Below, in pieces: positions 42,248 through 53,561 of a stretch of 64,000 nt of DNA. Numbering within the stretch: the stretch's first letter is position 1; each line of letters opens with the position of its first letter. The notes under the pieces were generated by a model, which saw only the letters and a program-made list of their open reading frames with translations, made no database searches and was not told where the DNA came from. The stretch is taken from contig JBFMCP010000003.1 of the NCBI GenBank assembly GCA_040754455.1, forward strand, positions 65,115 to 129,114, in the 5' to 3' direction. The position numbers and the translations under genes are program-made. This stretch comes from Nitrospirota bacterium. Its GTDB lineage: Bacteria; Nitrospirota; Thermodesulfovibrionia; Thermodesulfovibrionales; Dissulfurispiraceae.

Positions 42248-43506
42248 ACCTTTCTCCTCTTCCGCTTTGCTGCAGGGGGGAGTATCCTGTCGATGATATC
42301 ATCAACCGCGACGATGCCGAGCAGATAGCCTTCATTGTCGACAACCGGCAGCGCGACGAGATTGTATTTCGAGATGATCTCGGCGACGACCATTTCATCC
42401 GCCTCAGGAGTGACCGTCTTCAACTTGGTCTCCATGATCTCGGAGAGCCTGCTTGTAGGCTCAGCCAGGAGCAACTCCCGGAAGGAGGTGACACCCACCA
42501 GTTTCTCCTGATCATCGATGACGTAAACGTAGTAGACCGACTCTATCTCTTCGGCATCATGCCTGAGGCGCTCTATCGCCTCTGCTACGGTCGTCTCGGG
42601 TGAATAGGCGAGAAATTCATTTGTCATGATGCCGCCTGCGGTGTCTTCCTCATGCCCGAGGAGTTCCTGAATGTCCTCTGCTTCCTCCTTTTCTATGTGC
42701 TCGAGAATTTCCTTTGCCTTTTCGGTAGGCAGATCGCTCAGGACGTCGGCAGCCTCGTCAGGCGGCATCTCCTCGATAATATCTGCCGCCTTTTCAGGCT
42801 CCATGGCGTTGATCAGCTGCGCCTGCATCTCGGGTTTCAGCTCGGACAGGGCCTCGGCAGCGGTCTCAACATCGAGATCCTTGAAGAGGTGAGCGCCCTC
42901 TTCCTGTGATACCTGGCTTATCAAATCAGCGATATCAGCAGGATGGAGCTCGGACATCATCTGCCGCGGAACAGTGAGGGCAATGGTCCTCAGCTTCGGC
43001 TTGAGCGGCTGGAGATAGTTCCAGCTTATGAGATTAGAGGGCAAAGAGATACCGAAGAGCTTGAAGAACTCCTCGCTCCCGTGCTCCATGCCAAGCCTCC
43101 GCAGGATTCCCCTCATCCCGACGTCAACGGCAACAAGGATGGCTTCCCCCTCGTATCCTTCGAGCTTTATGTCATTCGCCCGTACGACTTTTGCACCGTT
43201 CGCATCAACGATCTGCTTGTCGAGAATATCCCGAACAGCAAGGAGATCCTCTTCACCCGCTTCGTAGGTCTCGATGGTACCGGCATGCAGGTAGGTCGAG
43301 ATGATTCTTCTGTTAAATATATTGATGTCTTCCCAGCGGATCCGGTAGAGATGCTTCTTCCGCTCCACGATCAGAGCAGAGACTCTGGGGAGCGGATCTC
43401 CTTTGACGACAATGGTATCCCTCAGCCTTCCTATGACCTCGCCCTTGGGGTCAAAGACCGGCTGCTTGATGACGTCGCTGAGGAACAATTCACCGAATAA
43501 TGGCAT
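42244..43506 (-). CDS. soluble PRC-barrel/MgtE-N/CBS protein
   Basis: LHPADIAD, MPPDEAAD, EDTAGGIM, CBS pair; no MgtE membrane domain. Confidence 0.88.
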   Translation of the reverse strand: MPLFGELFLSDVIKQPVFDPKGEVIGRLRDTIVVKGDPLPRVSALIVERKKHLYRIRWEDINIFNRRIISTYLHAGTIETYEAGEEDLLAVRDILDKQIVDANGAKVVRANDIKLEGYEGEAILVAVDVGMRGILRRLGMEHGSEEFFKLFGISLPSNLISWNYLQPLKPKLRTIALTVPRQMMSELHPADIADLISQVSQEEGAHLFKDLDVETAAEALSELKPEMQAQLINAMEPEKAADIIEEMPPDEAADVLSDLPTEKAKEILEHIEKEEAEDIQELLGHEEDTAGGIMTNEFLAYSPETTVAEAIERLRHDAEEIESVYYVYVIDDQEKLVGVTSFRELLLAEPTSRLSEIMETKLKTVTPEADEMVVAEIISKYNLVALPVVDNEGYLLGIVAVDDIIDRILPPAAKRKRRKV

Positions 43507-43625
43507 AACTCAATTAGTATACCTCAATTGCACCCTTTTTAGCCCCTTAAAAAGGCTTGTAAAGCATACACAAAAGAAAGGGCGCAGCAGCGAGAAAAGA
43601 GAGAAATGAGCGAGGCAAGAAGGAA

Positions 43626-43714
<89 letters not shown>

Positions 43715-43745
43715 TTATTAATATATCAACAAACAGGCAATGTTT

Positions 43746-44447
43746 TCAAGTGTTCTGCTTCGGCATTGACCGGGCCAGGGCAACAACCGTCACGCTCCGC
43801 GCGCCGGCGTCCCGGAGCGTTTTGGCGCATTCGCGGACCGTAGCCCCGGTCGTGATGACGTCATCGACGAGCAGCAGGTCCTGTCCCGTGACCTTGCCGC
43901 AAGTGCTGAAGGCATTCCGTATATTCTTCAGCCGCTCCTTTCCGGTGACTTCAGTCTGCGGAGGGGTTTCCCTGTGCTTTTTGAGCATATCCAGCAGGAG
44001 GGGAACATGCAATGCTTTCGACAGCCAGCGGCTTATATTCGCCGTCTGGTTAAAGCCGCGCTCCCGCAACCTTCTTTTCTGGATGGGAACGGGAACAATC
44101 CCATCGACTACCGGGAGCGGGAGCTCATAGAGGAGCAGTCCGAGGGGCTTTGACAATCTTTTCACCTTTCCAAACTTTAGGAGGTGAATCGCCTCTTTTA
44201 ACGCTCCCGCATAGATGCCATAATAGAGGATCCGTGTGAACGGCGGTTTCTTGCACATGCATCTCTCACAGAGTGTCGCAGCCGGAGAAACGGTGGGAAT
44301 GCCGCATATACCGCATGCCGGGCCGGTATATCGTTCGATGCTCCGCCAGCAGGAGGTGCAGAGCGGATTATACAACTGATAATCGGAGTGCCCTCCGCAT
44401 ACCGGGCATCGTGAGGGAAACAGAAAGTTCAGTATGCTGGAGAGCAT
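43746..44447 (-). CDS. comF: ComF family protein (double zinc ribbon + PRTase)
   Basis: CxxC pairs, RGFNQ, LLVDDVITTGAT. Confidence 0.92.
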   Translation of the reverse strand: MLSSILNFLFPSRCPVCGGHSDYQLYNPLCTSCWRSIERYTGPACGICGIPTVSPAATLCERCMCKKPPFTRILYYGIYAGALKEAIHLLKFGKVKRLSKPLGLLLYELPLPVVDGIVPVPIQKRRLRERGFNQTANISRWLSKALHVPLLLDMLKKHRETPPQTEVTGKERLKNIRNAFSTCGKVTGQDLLLVDDVITTGATVRECAKTLRDAGARSVTVVALARSMPKQNT

Positions 44448-44458
44448 TTGAAGACATA

Positions 44459-44543
44459 CAGGAATCCAGGAGTCAGGAGCCAGAACCCAGAATAAAGAAC
44501 TGCTCCTCTCTTCTGAATTCTGACTTCTGGATTCTGCATTCTA
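44459..44543. repeat. heptamer-periodic hairpin (CAGRAKY type)
   Basis: GGAATC CAGGAGT CAGGAGC CAGAACC CAGAAT ... TTCTGAA TTCTGAC TTCTGGA TTCTGCA TTCT. Confidence 0.8.
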
Positions 44544-44546
44544 ACT

Positions 44547-45842
<1,296 letters not shown>

Positions 45843-45855
45843 TCACACGTTATTC

Positions 45856-45925
45856 GTAATCAGTAAACAGCAAAAAGTGATGAGTGAGAAGAAACAGTTC
45901 CCTCTCACTCATCACCCGTCTCACC
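45856..45925. repeat. heptamer-periodic hairpin (GTRATGA type)
   Basis: GTAATCA GTAAACA GCAAAAA GTGATGA GTGAGAA ... CTCTCAC TCATCAC CCGTCTC AC. Confidence 0.6.
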
Positions 45926-45932
45926 TTATATT

Positions 45933-47510
45933 TTACAGATTTATGACTTTGACATCCAGGATATTAGGGAGATTTTTTATCTCCTCCAAAACCTTATCAG
46001 ACGCCGGTGAATCAATATTGACCACCGAGATCGCCATGCCCCCTGCCTTTTCCCTGCCGAAATGCATCCGGGCGATATTGATATTGTTCTTCCCCATGAG
46101 CATGCCGATGTTGCCGATCACTCCAGGCTTATCATTGTTGTACATAAACAGCATACTGCCTTCGGGCACGATTTCAACAATAAAATTGTCCACTTTCACG
46201 ATCCTGGGGTCCTTCTTGCTGAAGAGCGTGCCATGTACCTGGAGCTCTTTCTTCGGGGATTTCACCCTGAGGACGATCATGCTCTGGTAATTGCCGGCAT
46301 CGCGGCTCTTGGTCTCTTTCACCTCAATGCCGCGCTCCTTTGCAATGAAGGGCGCATTCACAAAGTTCACCGTCTCGAGGAGAATGGGGTCCAGGAGGCC
46401 CTTCAACGCAGCGATCGTTACCGGTGAAGTATTCAATGTCGAAGCCTCGCCCCTGTACTCGAGCGTCACCTCGGTAATGGCTCCCTCGAAGATCTGGGCA
46501 GCGAAGCCGCCGAGCTTCTCTGCAAGCGTGATATACGGCTGCAGCACCGCCACCTGGTCAGCAGGGATGGACGGGAAGTTTACCGCGTTCCTGATGGTGC
46601 CGTGCATAAGATAATCTACGATCTGCTCTGCAACAGCAAGGGCGACGTTCTCCTGTGCCTCCTGCGTCGAGGCGCCAAGGTGAGGTGTACAGACAACCTT
46701 GTCATGCCCGACCAGAGGATTGTTCTCCGGCGGTTCCTTTTCGAAGACGTCAAGTGCAGCGCCGGCGACCTTGCCGCTCTCGAGCGCATCGAAAAGGTCC
46801 TTTTCATTGATAATGCCGCCGCGGGCACAGTTGACGATGTAGACACCATCTTTCATGGTCTTTATCGTATCTTTATTGATAAGGTTCTTCGTTTCATTCG
46901 TCAACGGCGTATGGATGGTGATGAAATCAGCGCGCTTTATGAGCTCGGCGACCTCCATCTTCTCGATGCCCATCTCTGCAGCCTTCTCTTCGCTCAGGAA
47001 CGGATCATAGGCAATGACGTTCATGCCGAGGCACTGAGCCCTCCGTGCGACCTCTCCGCCGATATTGCCGAGCCCGACAATGCCGAGGGTCTTCTGGAAA
47101 AGCTCCGTTCCCATGAACTTCTTCTTTTCCCATAATCCTTTTGTCATGGAGGCGTTGGCCTGGGGTATCTTCCTCGCGACCGCAAAGATCATGGCAATGG
47201 TATGCTCTGCAGTGGTGACGGTATTGCCGCCGGGCGTATTCATCACGACGATACCCCGCTTTGACGCAGCAGCCTTGTCGACGTTGTCCAACCCCGAGCC
47301 CGCACGTCCGATCACTTTGAGGTTCTTAGCCGCCTCGATAATATCGGCGGTCGCCTTGGTAGCGCTCCGGACAACCAGCGCATGGTACTCTCCGATGATC
47401 GACTTCAGCTCGTCAGGCTTCAACCCCGTTTTTACGTCAACCTCAAGTCCCGCGTTTCTCAAAATCTCGACGCCCTTTGATGAAATGTTGTCGCTTACCA
47501 AAACCTTCAT
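45933..47510 (-). CDS. serA: D-3-phosphoglycerate dehydrogenase (long form, ASB+ACT)
   Basis: RAGSGLDNVD, GLGNIG, NCARGG, TPHLGAST.EAQ, NDKPGVIG. Confidence 0.97.
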   Translation of the reverse strand: MKVLVSDNISSKGVEILRNAGLEVDVKTGLKPDELKSIIGEYHALVVRSATKATADIIEAAKNLKVIGRAGSGLDNVDKAAASKRGIVVMNTPGGNTVTTAEHTIAMIFAVARKIPQANASMTKGLWEKKKFMGTELFQKTLGIVGLGNIGGEVARRAQCLGMNVIAYDPFLSEEKAAEMGIEKMEVAELIKRADFITIHTPLTNETKNLINKDTIKTMKDGVYIVNCARGGIINEKDLFDALESGKVAGAALDVFEKEPPENNPLVGHDKVVCTPHLGASTQEAQENVALAVAEQIVDYLMHGTIRNAVNFPSIPADQVAVLQPYITLAEKLGGFAAQIFEGAITEVTLEYRGEASTLNTSPVTIAALKGLLDPILLETVNFVNAPFIAKERGIEVKETKSRDAGNYQSMIVLRVKSPKKELQVHGTLFSKKDPRIVKVDNFIVEIVPEGSMLFMYNNDKPGVIGNIGMLMGKNNINIARMHFGREKAGGMAISVVNIDSPASDKVLEEIKNLPNILDVKVINL

Positions 47511-47637
47511 GCCAACTACCTCCTTTTTTTATAGCTCCTCATCATAGAGTGAGCGGTATAGCACAACAAGTAAGAAATTAGGAAGCGAGAGTAAGAAGGA
47601 TTTCTTTCCCTACTACTTCTTAATTCTCACTTCTTAT

Positions 47638-48777
47638 TTACTTCATTAAAAGTTCCTGGGCCTTTGCAACACCGGTGCCCAGTTGCACATTGTAGCCGAG
47701 TTCCTTCAGCACCATCTCGATCGCAGCGATACCGGTGATCACATCAAAGGTGTCGGCATAGCCGAGGTGGGCGAGCCTGAAGATCTTTCCCTTGGCCCTG
47801 TCCTGTCCGCCAGCGCCGGTGATGCCGTATTTCTCCCTCAGATTCTTATAGATTGCCTGGCCGTCGACTCCGGCAGGGGCTTCGATGGCGGTAACCGAGT
47901 TGCTCGGTGATTCCTTTGAGTAGAGGCCGAGACCGATCGCCTTTACCGCCTCTCTCGTTGCATGGGCAAGCCGCGCATGTCTCCTGAAGACATTTTCGAG
48001 CCCTTCCTTCTGAAGGATCTTTATCGCTTCGTTGAGGCCGATGATCAGCGTGACTGCCGAGGTAAAGAGCGTCTGGTTCTTTGCGAGGTTCTCCCGCTCC
48101 TTCTTGAAATTGAAATAGAACCGGGGCATCTTCGACGTTTCGTTCTTCTTCCATGCCTTGTCACTGACGCTGACAAAAGCAAGGCCGGGCGGCAGCATCA
48201 AACCTTTTTGTGAGCCACCAACCATTATATCTATGCCCCACTCGTCGGTCTTCAGATCCTGCGCAACGAGGGCACTGATAGCATCGACAACGAACAGGGT
48301 GTTTTCATACTTCTTGATAACCTTTCCGAGACCTTCGATGTCGTGGTATACGCCGGTTGAGGTCTCGGTTGCCTGAACAAATACGCCCTTGATCTCGGGA
48401 TCCTTCTTCAGGGCAGCTTCTACCGCATCGGGTTTTATGGAATAGCCCCACTCGACCACGATCTCTTCCACTTTGAGGCCGTATGCCTGTGCGATCTTCG
48501 TCCAACGCTCTCCGAACTTTCCGCCGTTGACGACGAGGACCTTTTCTCCGGGATTGAAGAAGTTATTTACCGAGCCGACCATACCTCCCGTACCGGTGGA
48601 GGTGAGGATGAGCACATCGTTCTTGGTCTGGAACAGCCATTGCAGCCCTTTTTTAGCAGAATCGAGTATAGGCAGGAAATCAGGAGCCCTGTGGTGGATC
48701 ATGGGCATTGCCATTGAGAGAAGCACCTCTGGCGGCACCGGGGTAGGACCCGGGGCCAAAAGATATCTTTTCAGCAT
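47638..48777 (-). CDS. class V PLP aminotransferase (alanine-glyoxylate/serine-pyruvate family; likely phosphoserine aminotransferase role)
   Basis: PGPTPVP, ETSTGV, VDAIS, GSQKG.MLPPGL; upstream of serA. Confidence 0.9.
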   Translation of the reverse strand: MLKRYLLAPGPTPVPPEVLLSMAMPMIHHRAPDFLPILDSAKKGLQWLFQTKNDVLILTSTGTGGMVGSVNNFFNPGEKVLVVNGGKFGERWTKIAQAYGLKVEEIVVEWGYSIKPDAVEAALKKDPEIKGVFVQATETSTGVYHDIEGLGKVIKKYENTLFVVDAISALVAQDLKTDEWGIDIMVGGSQKGLMLPPGLAFVSVSDKAWKKNETSKMPRFYFNFKKERENLAKNQTLFTSAVTLIIGLNEAIKILQKEGLENVFRRHARLAHATREAVKAIGLGLYSKESPSNSVTAIEAPAGVDGQAIYKNLREKYGITGAGGQDRAKGKIFRLAHLGYADTFDVITGIAAIEMVLKELGYNVQLGTGVAKAQELLMK

Positions 48778-48970
48778 ACAACCTCCCGAGAAATCTTTTT
48801 GTTTTTTGTTGCAGCATGATGAGGGTCATTTAAGGCCCGTCCATCAGCCGCCGAAAAGGAATAAAGCCGAGCATGTATAATAATATAAACTCTCCACCTT
48901 TGAAAAGCCTTTATTTGAAAGGGTAAAATAGAACCATGTCGAAGTACTTACGCGAAAAGGGAGAGCAAGA

Positions 48971-50374
48971 ATGAATAAACAGCAGCTCCTAGCCTCTCTG
49001 CCGTCGGTTGATGAGATCCTCAAGTCCGAAAAAGGAGCAAAATGGCAAAAAACATTCCCCCGCCGTTATGTGCTCCAGTCGATACGCGACACCATCGATG
49101 ACTACCGCCAGTCAATACTGAAGGACAGCCGCAAAGAGTTTTCCCTCGAAGAAATGCTCGTCGATGTACAGCGGCATATCGAAAAACGTTCGGAGCTCAG
49201 CCTTAAGCCCGTCATCAATGCTACCGGCATCGTAATACATACCAATCTTGGAAGATCTGTGCTCTCTGAAAGAGTGCTCGAGAATGTAAAAAGAATCGCC
49301 TGCAGTTACTCCAATCTTGAATACGAGCTCGAACAAGGCACGCGGGGCAAACGCTATTCCCATGTTCAGAGATTGTTGAATGATATTACCGGCGCAGAGA
49401 GCAGCCTCATTGTGAACAACAATGCTGCGGCAGTGTTCGTCTGTCTCGCAGCACTGGCGAAGGGCAAGGAGGTGATCGTCTCCCGCGGTGAACTCGTTGA
49501 GATCGGCGGCTCCTTCAGAATACCCGATGTCATGAGCAGCAGCGGCGCCGTTCTGAAGGAGGTAGGTACGACGAATAAGACCCATCTCCGCGACTATGAA
49601 AACGCAATAAATGAAAATACCGGCCTGCTGCTGAAAGTCCATCAGTCCAATTTCCGCATTGTCGGCTTTACGAAGGAGGTCGGGATTGAGGAGCTGGCAA
49701 CACTGGGGAAAAAGCATAACATCCCGGTCATGTTCGATCTCGGCAGCGGCTGCCTCGTCGATCTTAAACCCTATGGTGTCCATATCGAGCCGACGGTGCA
49801 AGACATTGTGAAAGCCGGGACGGACATTGTTACCTTCAGCGGTGACAAGCTCCTCGGCGGCCCTCAGGGTGGTATCATTGTCGGCAAGTCAGAACTAATT
49901 GACATTATTGCTAAAAATCCTCTCATGAGAGCGGTGAGAATCGATAAAATGACCCTTGCTGCCTTTGAAGCAATCCTTATGAGCTACCTTGATGAAGAGA
50001 CGGCAAAGAAAAATATCCCGACCGTCAGAATGCTTTTGCAGGATATCGAGGAGATACACGCCAGGGCAAAGAAGATAGCTGCCCAGCTTAAGAAAGACCT
50101 GGGCGCTGCTCATGAGGAGGCCGCTTCGGTTGCGGTTGTAGAGGACGCCTCTCAGTCAGGAGGAGGAGCACTGGCCGAGGTAGAGTTCAAAACATATGCT
50201 GTGGCGGTAAAACCTGTCCAATTATCGGCAAATAAGCTCGAAGAGCGGTTGCGTCTAGGAAAGCCGCCGGTTATCGCCAGGATCAAAGAGGACGCGCTGA
50301 TACTAGATGCACGGACTATCAGAGACAATGAAATTGCCGATCTGGTAAAGGGCATACGAGCTGCTTTACTTTAA
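48971..50374 (+). CDS. selA: L-seryl-tRNA(Sec) selenium transferase
   Basis: INATG.V.HTNLGR, SRGELVEIGGSFRIPD, FSGDKLLGGPQ. Confidence 0.97.
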   Translation: MNKQQLLASLPSVDEILKSEKGAKWQKTFPRRYVLQSIRDTIDDYRQSILKDSRKEFSLEEMLVDVQRHIEKRSELSLKPVINATGIVIHTNLGRSVLSERVLENVKRIACSYSNLEYELEQGTRGKRYSHVQRLLNDITGAESSLIVNNNAAAVFVCLAALAKGKEVIVSRGELVEIGGSFRIPDVMSSSGAVLKEVGTTNKTHLRDYENAINENTGLLLKVHQSNFRIVGFTKEVGIEELATLGKKHNIPVMFDLGSGCLVDLKPYGVHIEPTVQDIVKAGTDIVTFSGDKLLGGPQGGIIVGKSELIDIIAKNPLMRAVRIDKMTLAAFEAILMSYLDEETAKKNIPTVRMLLQDIEEIHARAKKIAAQLKKDLGAAHEEAASVAVVEDASQSGGGALAEVEFKTYAVAVKPVQLSANKLEERLRLGKPPVIARIKEDALILDARTIRDNEIADLVKGIRAALL

Positions 50375-50434
50375 ATGGTTGCTTTTGTTGTTATGCTATA
50401 AAATAAAAAAATAAGCTAAAGAGAGGTGAAGCAA

Positions 50435-50659
50435 ATGTCATATAAGGTCAGCATCGTAATTGAAAAGGATGAAAATGGCTACTATGCCTTCAGCCCCGAA
50501 CTTGAAGGCTGCCAATCGCAAGGTGATTCTTTGGAGGAAGTCATCGCAAATATAAAAGAAGCAATTGAATTGTATTTAGAGACGTTATCGGAAGACGAAA
50601 TAAAAGCATCCCTGAGCAAAGAGATTCTCACAACTACGCTTGAGGTGCAAGTTGCCTAA
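50435..50659 (+). CDS. hicB: HicB family antitoxin
   Basis: IEKDE.GY.A..PELEGCQSQG.SLEE..ANIKEAIELYLE. Confidence 0.9.
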   Translation: MSYKVSIVIEKDENGYYAFSPELEGCQSQGDSLEEVIANIKEAIELYLETLSEDEIKASLSKEILTTTLEVQVA

Positions 50660-50852
50660 GCTGCCGCGTCTCTCTCCTCAGGATGCGGAAGCCTTGCTTT
50701 TGAAAAATGGTTTTGAACTGTTAAGGAGCAAAGGCAGCCATCGGATATACCTAAAAAACAATATACGAATTGTCGTTCCCTTCCATGCCGGCAAAATACT
50801 TCATCCTAAAATAATCAAGCAGATATTTAAGGCAGTAGAGAATGCTGGATAA
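50652..50852 (+). CDS. hicA: HicA family toxin
   Basis: TTG start after GAGGTG; PKLP...GF...RSKGSH..Y...VVP.H. Confidence 0.88.
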   Translation: MPKLPRLSPQDAEALLLKNGFELLRSKGSHRIYLKNNIRIVVPFHAGKILHPKIIKQIFKAVENAG

Positions 50853-50879
50853 TTGTCCCTCTTTACTTGTAAGCAAGCT

Positions 50880-51920
50880 ATGATGACGATCCGCGAGCGG
50901 ACAGAAGAAATAGAGAGACAGGTCCTCCACCCGAAGGCATGCCTGAGCTCAGAGAGCAGAGGCAGGGTCAGGCAAGAGAAAGAGGATGACCTCAGGACCT
51001 GCTTTCAAAGGGATAGGGACAGAATTATTCATTCAAAGGCATTCAGGCGCCTTAAGCATAAAACCCAGGTCTTTCTCGCTCCCAAAGGCGACCATTACCG
51101 CACGCGCCTCACCCACGTACTCGAAGTCTCCCAGATAGCACGGACCATCGCGCGTGCATTGCGGCTGAACGAGGACCTCGTCGAAGCAATAGCGCTAGGG
51201 CATGATTTGGGGCATACGCCCTTTGGTCACGCTGGCGAATCTTTGCTGAATGAAATTCATCCCGGTGGATTCGATCACTACAAGCAGAGTCTCAGAGTAG
51301 TCGATTTTCTCGAAAGCAACGGACAGGGATTAAATCTCACTTATGAAGTGCGCGACGGAATTGTCAAACACTCAAAAGGTAAGGGAGAAATCATCTCTGA
51401 TAATCCAAGAGAAAGGCCTTCGACGCTTGAGGGCGTAATAGTAAGAATCTCGGATGTTATTGCTTATGTGAATCACGATATCGATGATGCAATAAGAGCC
51501 GGGGTGTTAAAAAGATCCGAGCTCCCCAAAGAGGTGACAAAAGTAATCGGCGAGGCGTATGCCAAGAGAATAGATTCCATGGTGCGGGCTGTCATCAAAA
51601 CTACTATCGCAGCTGATTATAATTACGTAGGGATGAGCAATGAGATTTCCGATGCCGTTTACAAATTAAGAGCGTTCCTCTTTGAGCGCGTCTATGTGAG
51701 CGAGGGCATACGGCGCGAGCTTGAAAAGGCCAAAGGAATACTCAAAGCTCTTTACGAATACTATCTCGTCAACCTGGACGAAGTCTTCAGCGATATCCCC
51801 CCCGAGAAAAAGCTTGATAAGCACCGAATGGTCTGCGACTTCATTGCCGGCATGACCGATAGATTTGCCCTGATGACCTATGAACGCCTTTTCTTCCCCC
51901 AGCGCTGGACGATTATCTGA
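50880..51920 (+). CDS. dgt: deoxyguanosinetriphosphate triphosphohydrolase-like protein
   Basis: [50 protein letters not shown]. Confidence 0.95.
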   Translation: MMTIRERTEEIERQVLHPKACLSSESRGRVRQEKEDDLRTCFQRDRDRIIHSKAFRRLKHKTQVFLAPKGDHYRTRLTHVLEVSQIARTIARALRLNEDLVEAIALGHDLGHTPFGHAGESLLNEIHPGGFDHYKQSLRVVDFLESNGQGLNLTYEVRDGIVKHSKGKGEIISDNPRERPSTLEGVIVRISDVIAYVNHDIDDAIRAGVLKRSELPKEVTKVIGEAYAKRIDSMVRAVIKTTIAADYNYVGMSNEISDAVYKLRAFLFERVYVSEGIRRELEKAKGILKALYEYYLVNLDEVFSDIPPEKKLDKHRMVCDFIAGMTDRFALMTYERLFFPQRWTII

Positions 51921-51936
51921 TGTTCCACGTGGAACG
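51921..51936. promoter_or_regulatory. parS site
   Basis: TGTTCCACGTGGAACG, matching the parS consensus TGTTNCACGTGNAACA at all but the last base. Confidence 0.8.
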
Positions 51937-51944
51937 AAAAAAAT

Positions 51945-52047
51945 CTGGATTCCCGCAAGCGATGCGTGTCGGGAATCTTTCTTAAAGAGAGATGCCGGAC
52001 AAGCCGGAACAACAGACAAAAACGTCATGGTATTTGCCGGAGTAATA
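51945..52047. repeat. REP/MITE-like palindromic element
   Basis: GATTCCCG-N14-CGGGAATC plus GATGCCGGACAAGCCGGAAC hairpins. Confidence 0.5.
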
Positions 52048-52144
52048 GAAATCTATTCTAAGGCATGGGTACCTCTTATCCCTCTATAAGAGTTTCGTTC
52101 TTTGCAATTGTTAACAATTCAGAGTTTCGTTCGCTATGCAACGA

Positions 52145-53344
52145 TCAATAAACCGAAAGATACCCATCAGGGGCCAGACTGGTTGCCAGCATCACCATAT
52201 TGATATTACGATGCGTCATCCAACTGCTCGATTCTCTGTTGGTGCGCTCAAGCCAAAACGTCTCGATTGCCTCATTCAGAGGAGTATACCGCTTCAGGCG
52301 TTCCAAACATGCGTGCAGAGGAAGCTTCTTGTTGAAGACGTCCCGGTTTTGCTCAATTAATCCCTGCATTCTCTCAACAGCATGCAGTCCGATTGACAAT
52401 CCCAGTTCCCGAAATGCCAGACGGTACTCAGCAGGGAGCTTCAGAGGCGCTGTTCGTGCATAGTACTCCAAACCCGCAAGGGAATCATCCAAAACATTCT
52501 CCAACTTGACAGCCAATAGATCAGATTGAGCAAAATCGTCTGCAGCAATCAACTGCGCCATTTTATAAGCGCCGATCAAAAGACCGCCGATGCCGAGGGG
52601 ATCGTCGGTGGTCCAGCTTTTCCCCTCGCACATTTCGGCCAGGTCGGCGATTTCTGCAGAAATATCCGGCAAATCTGATTGCTCTGAATATTTCCGCGCA
52701 GCAGCCTGGAGCTCGCTATAGGTGATCAACCCGTCAAGAGGATCATGGTGTCCCGTAGATGGTACGAGAGGATACGAGAGATCTATGCTCATTTTCCAGT
52801 ACATGCGCCTTTCTCTCCCGTCTGAAGTGGTGTAGGTAAACCTGTCATGCGCTGTTTTCGCCAGCTCTAAGGCCCACCTGTTATAGTTTGCATCTCCGGT
52901 GATCCGGCTAATACGATTGAGGGCGTGCATCCACTGGGTCAGGTAATGATAGTACTGTCCATCCCGCTCCCATTCCAAATGCTCGTCAAAGGGCTCCTCC
53001 GGTCTCCGCTCATTCAATTCTTTCCCGATCCTCAGTCCTCCTATTGCGGGGTGTTTCGCGCCTTCCTGCTCGTCAAGGCCACTGATCCAGCCTGTCCGCT
53101 GGTCATCCGCACGGTGCCGGCCGAGTATTGCATGCACCTGGTCGACAAGGAGCACAGCAAGATGCTTGTAGTGTTCGTCATTCATGTGACAATAAAGCTC
53201 GAGGAAGTTGCAAACAGCAAAGGCGTCAGTCCATAAATAGCGCTGAGGAGCCGCTTCAGCCGGAGAAAGCCCGGTCAAGCGGGCAAACTCGTTCATAATC
53301 TCGCGTACTAAAGAGACCACAGTGTTAGTAGTGCTTTGTTTCAT
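52145..53344 (-). CDS. conserved hypothetical protein (possible alpha/alpha-barrel fold)
   Basis: 399-aa ORF with RYLWTDAFAV, DGQYYHYLTQWMHAL, MYWKMSIDLS, LAFRELGL motifs; fold is a guess. Confidence 0.75.
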   Translation of the reverse strand: MKQSTTNTVVSLVREIMNEFARLTGLSPAEAAPQRYLWTDAFAVCNFLELYCHMNDEHYKHLAVLLVDQVHAILGRHRADDQRTGWISGLDEQEGAKHPAIGGLRIGKELNERRPEEPFDEHLEWERDGQYYHYLTQWMHALNRISRITGDANYNRWALELAKTAHDRFTYTTSDGRERRMYWKMSIDLSYPLVPSTGHHDPLDGLITYSELQAAARKYSEQSDLPDISAEIADLAEMCEGKSWTTDDPLGIGGLLIGAYKMAQLIAADDFAQSDLLAVKLENVLDDSLAGLEYYARTAPLKLPAEYRLAFRELGLSIGLHAVERMQGLIEQNRDVFNKKLPLHACLERLKRYTPLNEAIETFWLERTNRESSSWMTHRNINMVMLATSLAPDGYLSVY

Positions 53345-53561
53345 CTTTTCTCCAGGGCTCGTTCTTTTATAATGCTAAAGGCGCCTCCACTGTTTTCAGC
53401 TCAGTCATACTATTCATATATCAGAGGACGAGCGCATTGACAACTTTCATTCGACAATATTGTCGATTTTCCTCAACATCGTGCCTACTGCCGCAGCACC
53501 GCATGCACTATGGTAAGATTAAACATACTGCCTTACAAATGTTATTCCAGAGGAGGACATA

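Noticed and set aside
48780..48900. Hairpin in the leader of the aminotransferase-serA-purA genes as a riboswitch
   Set aside because: No glycine, ZTP or purine aptamer consensus recognised.
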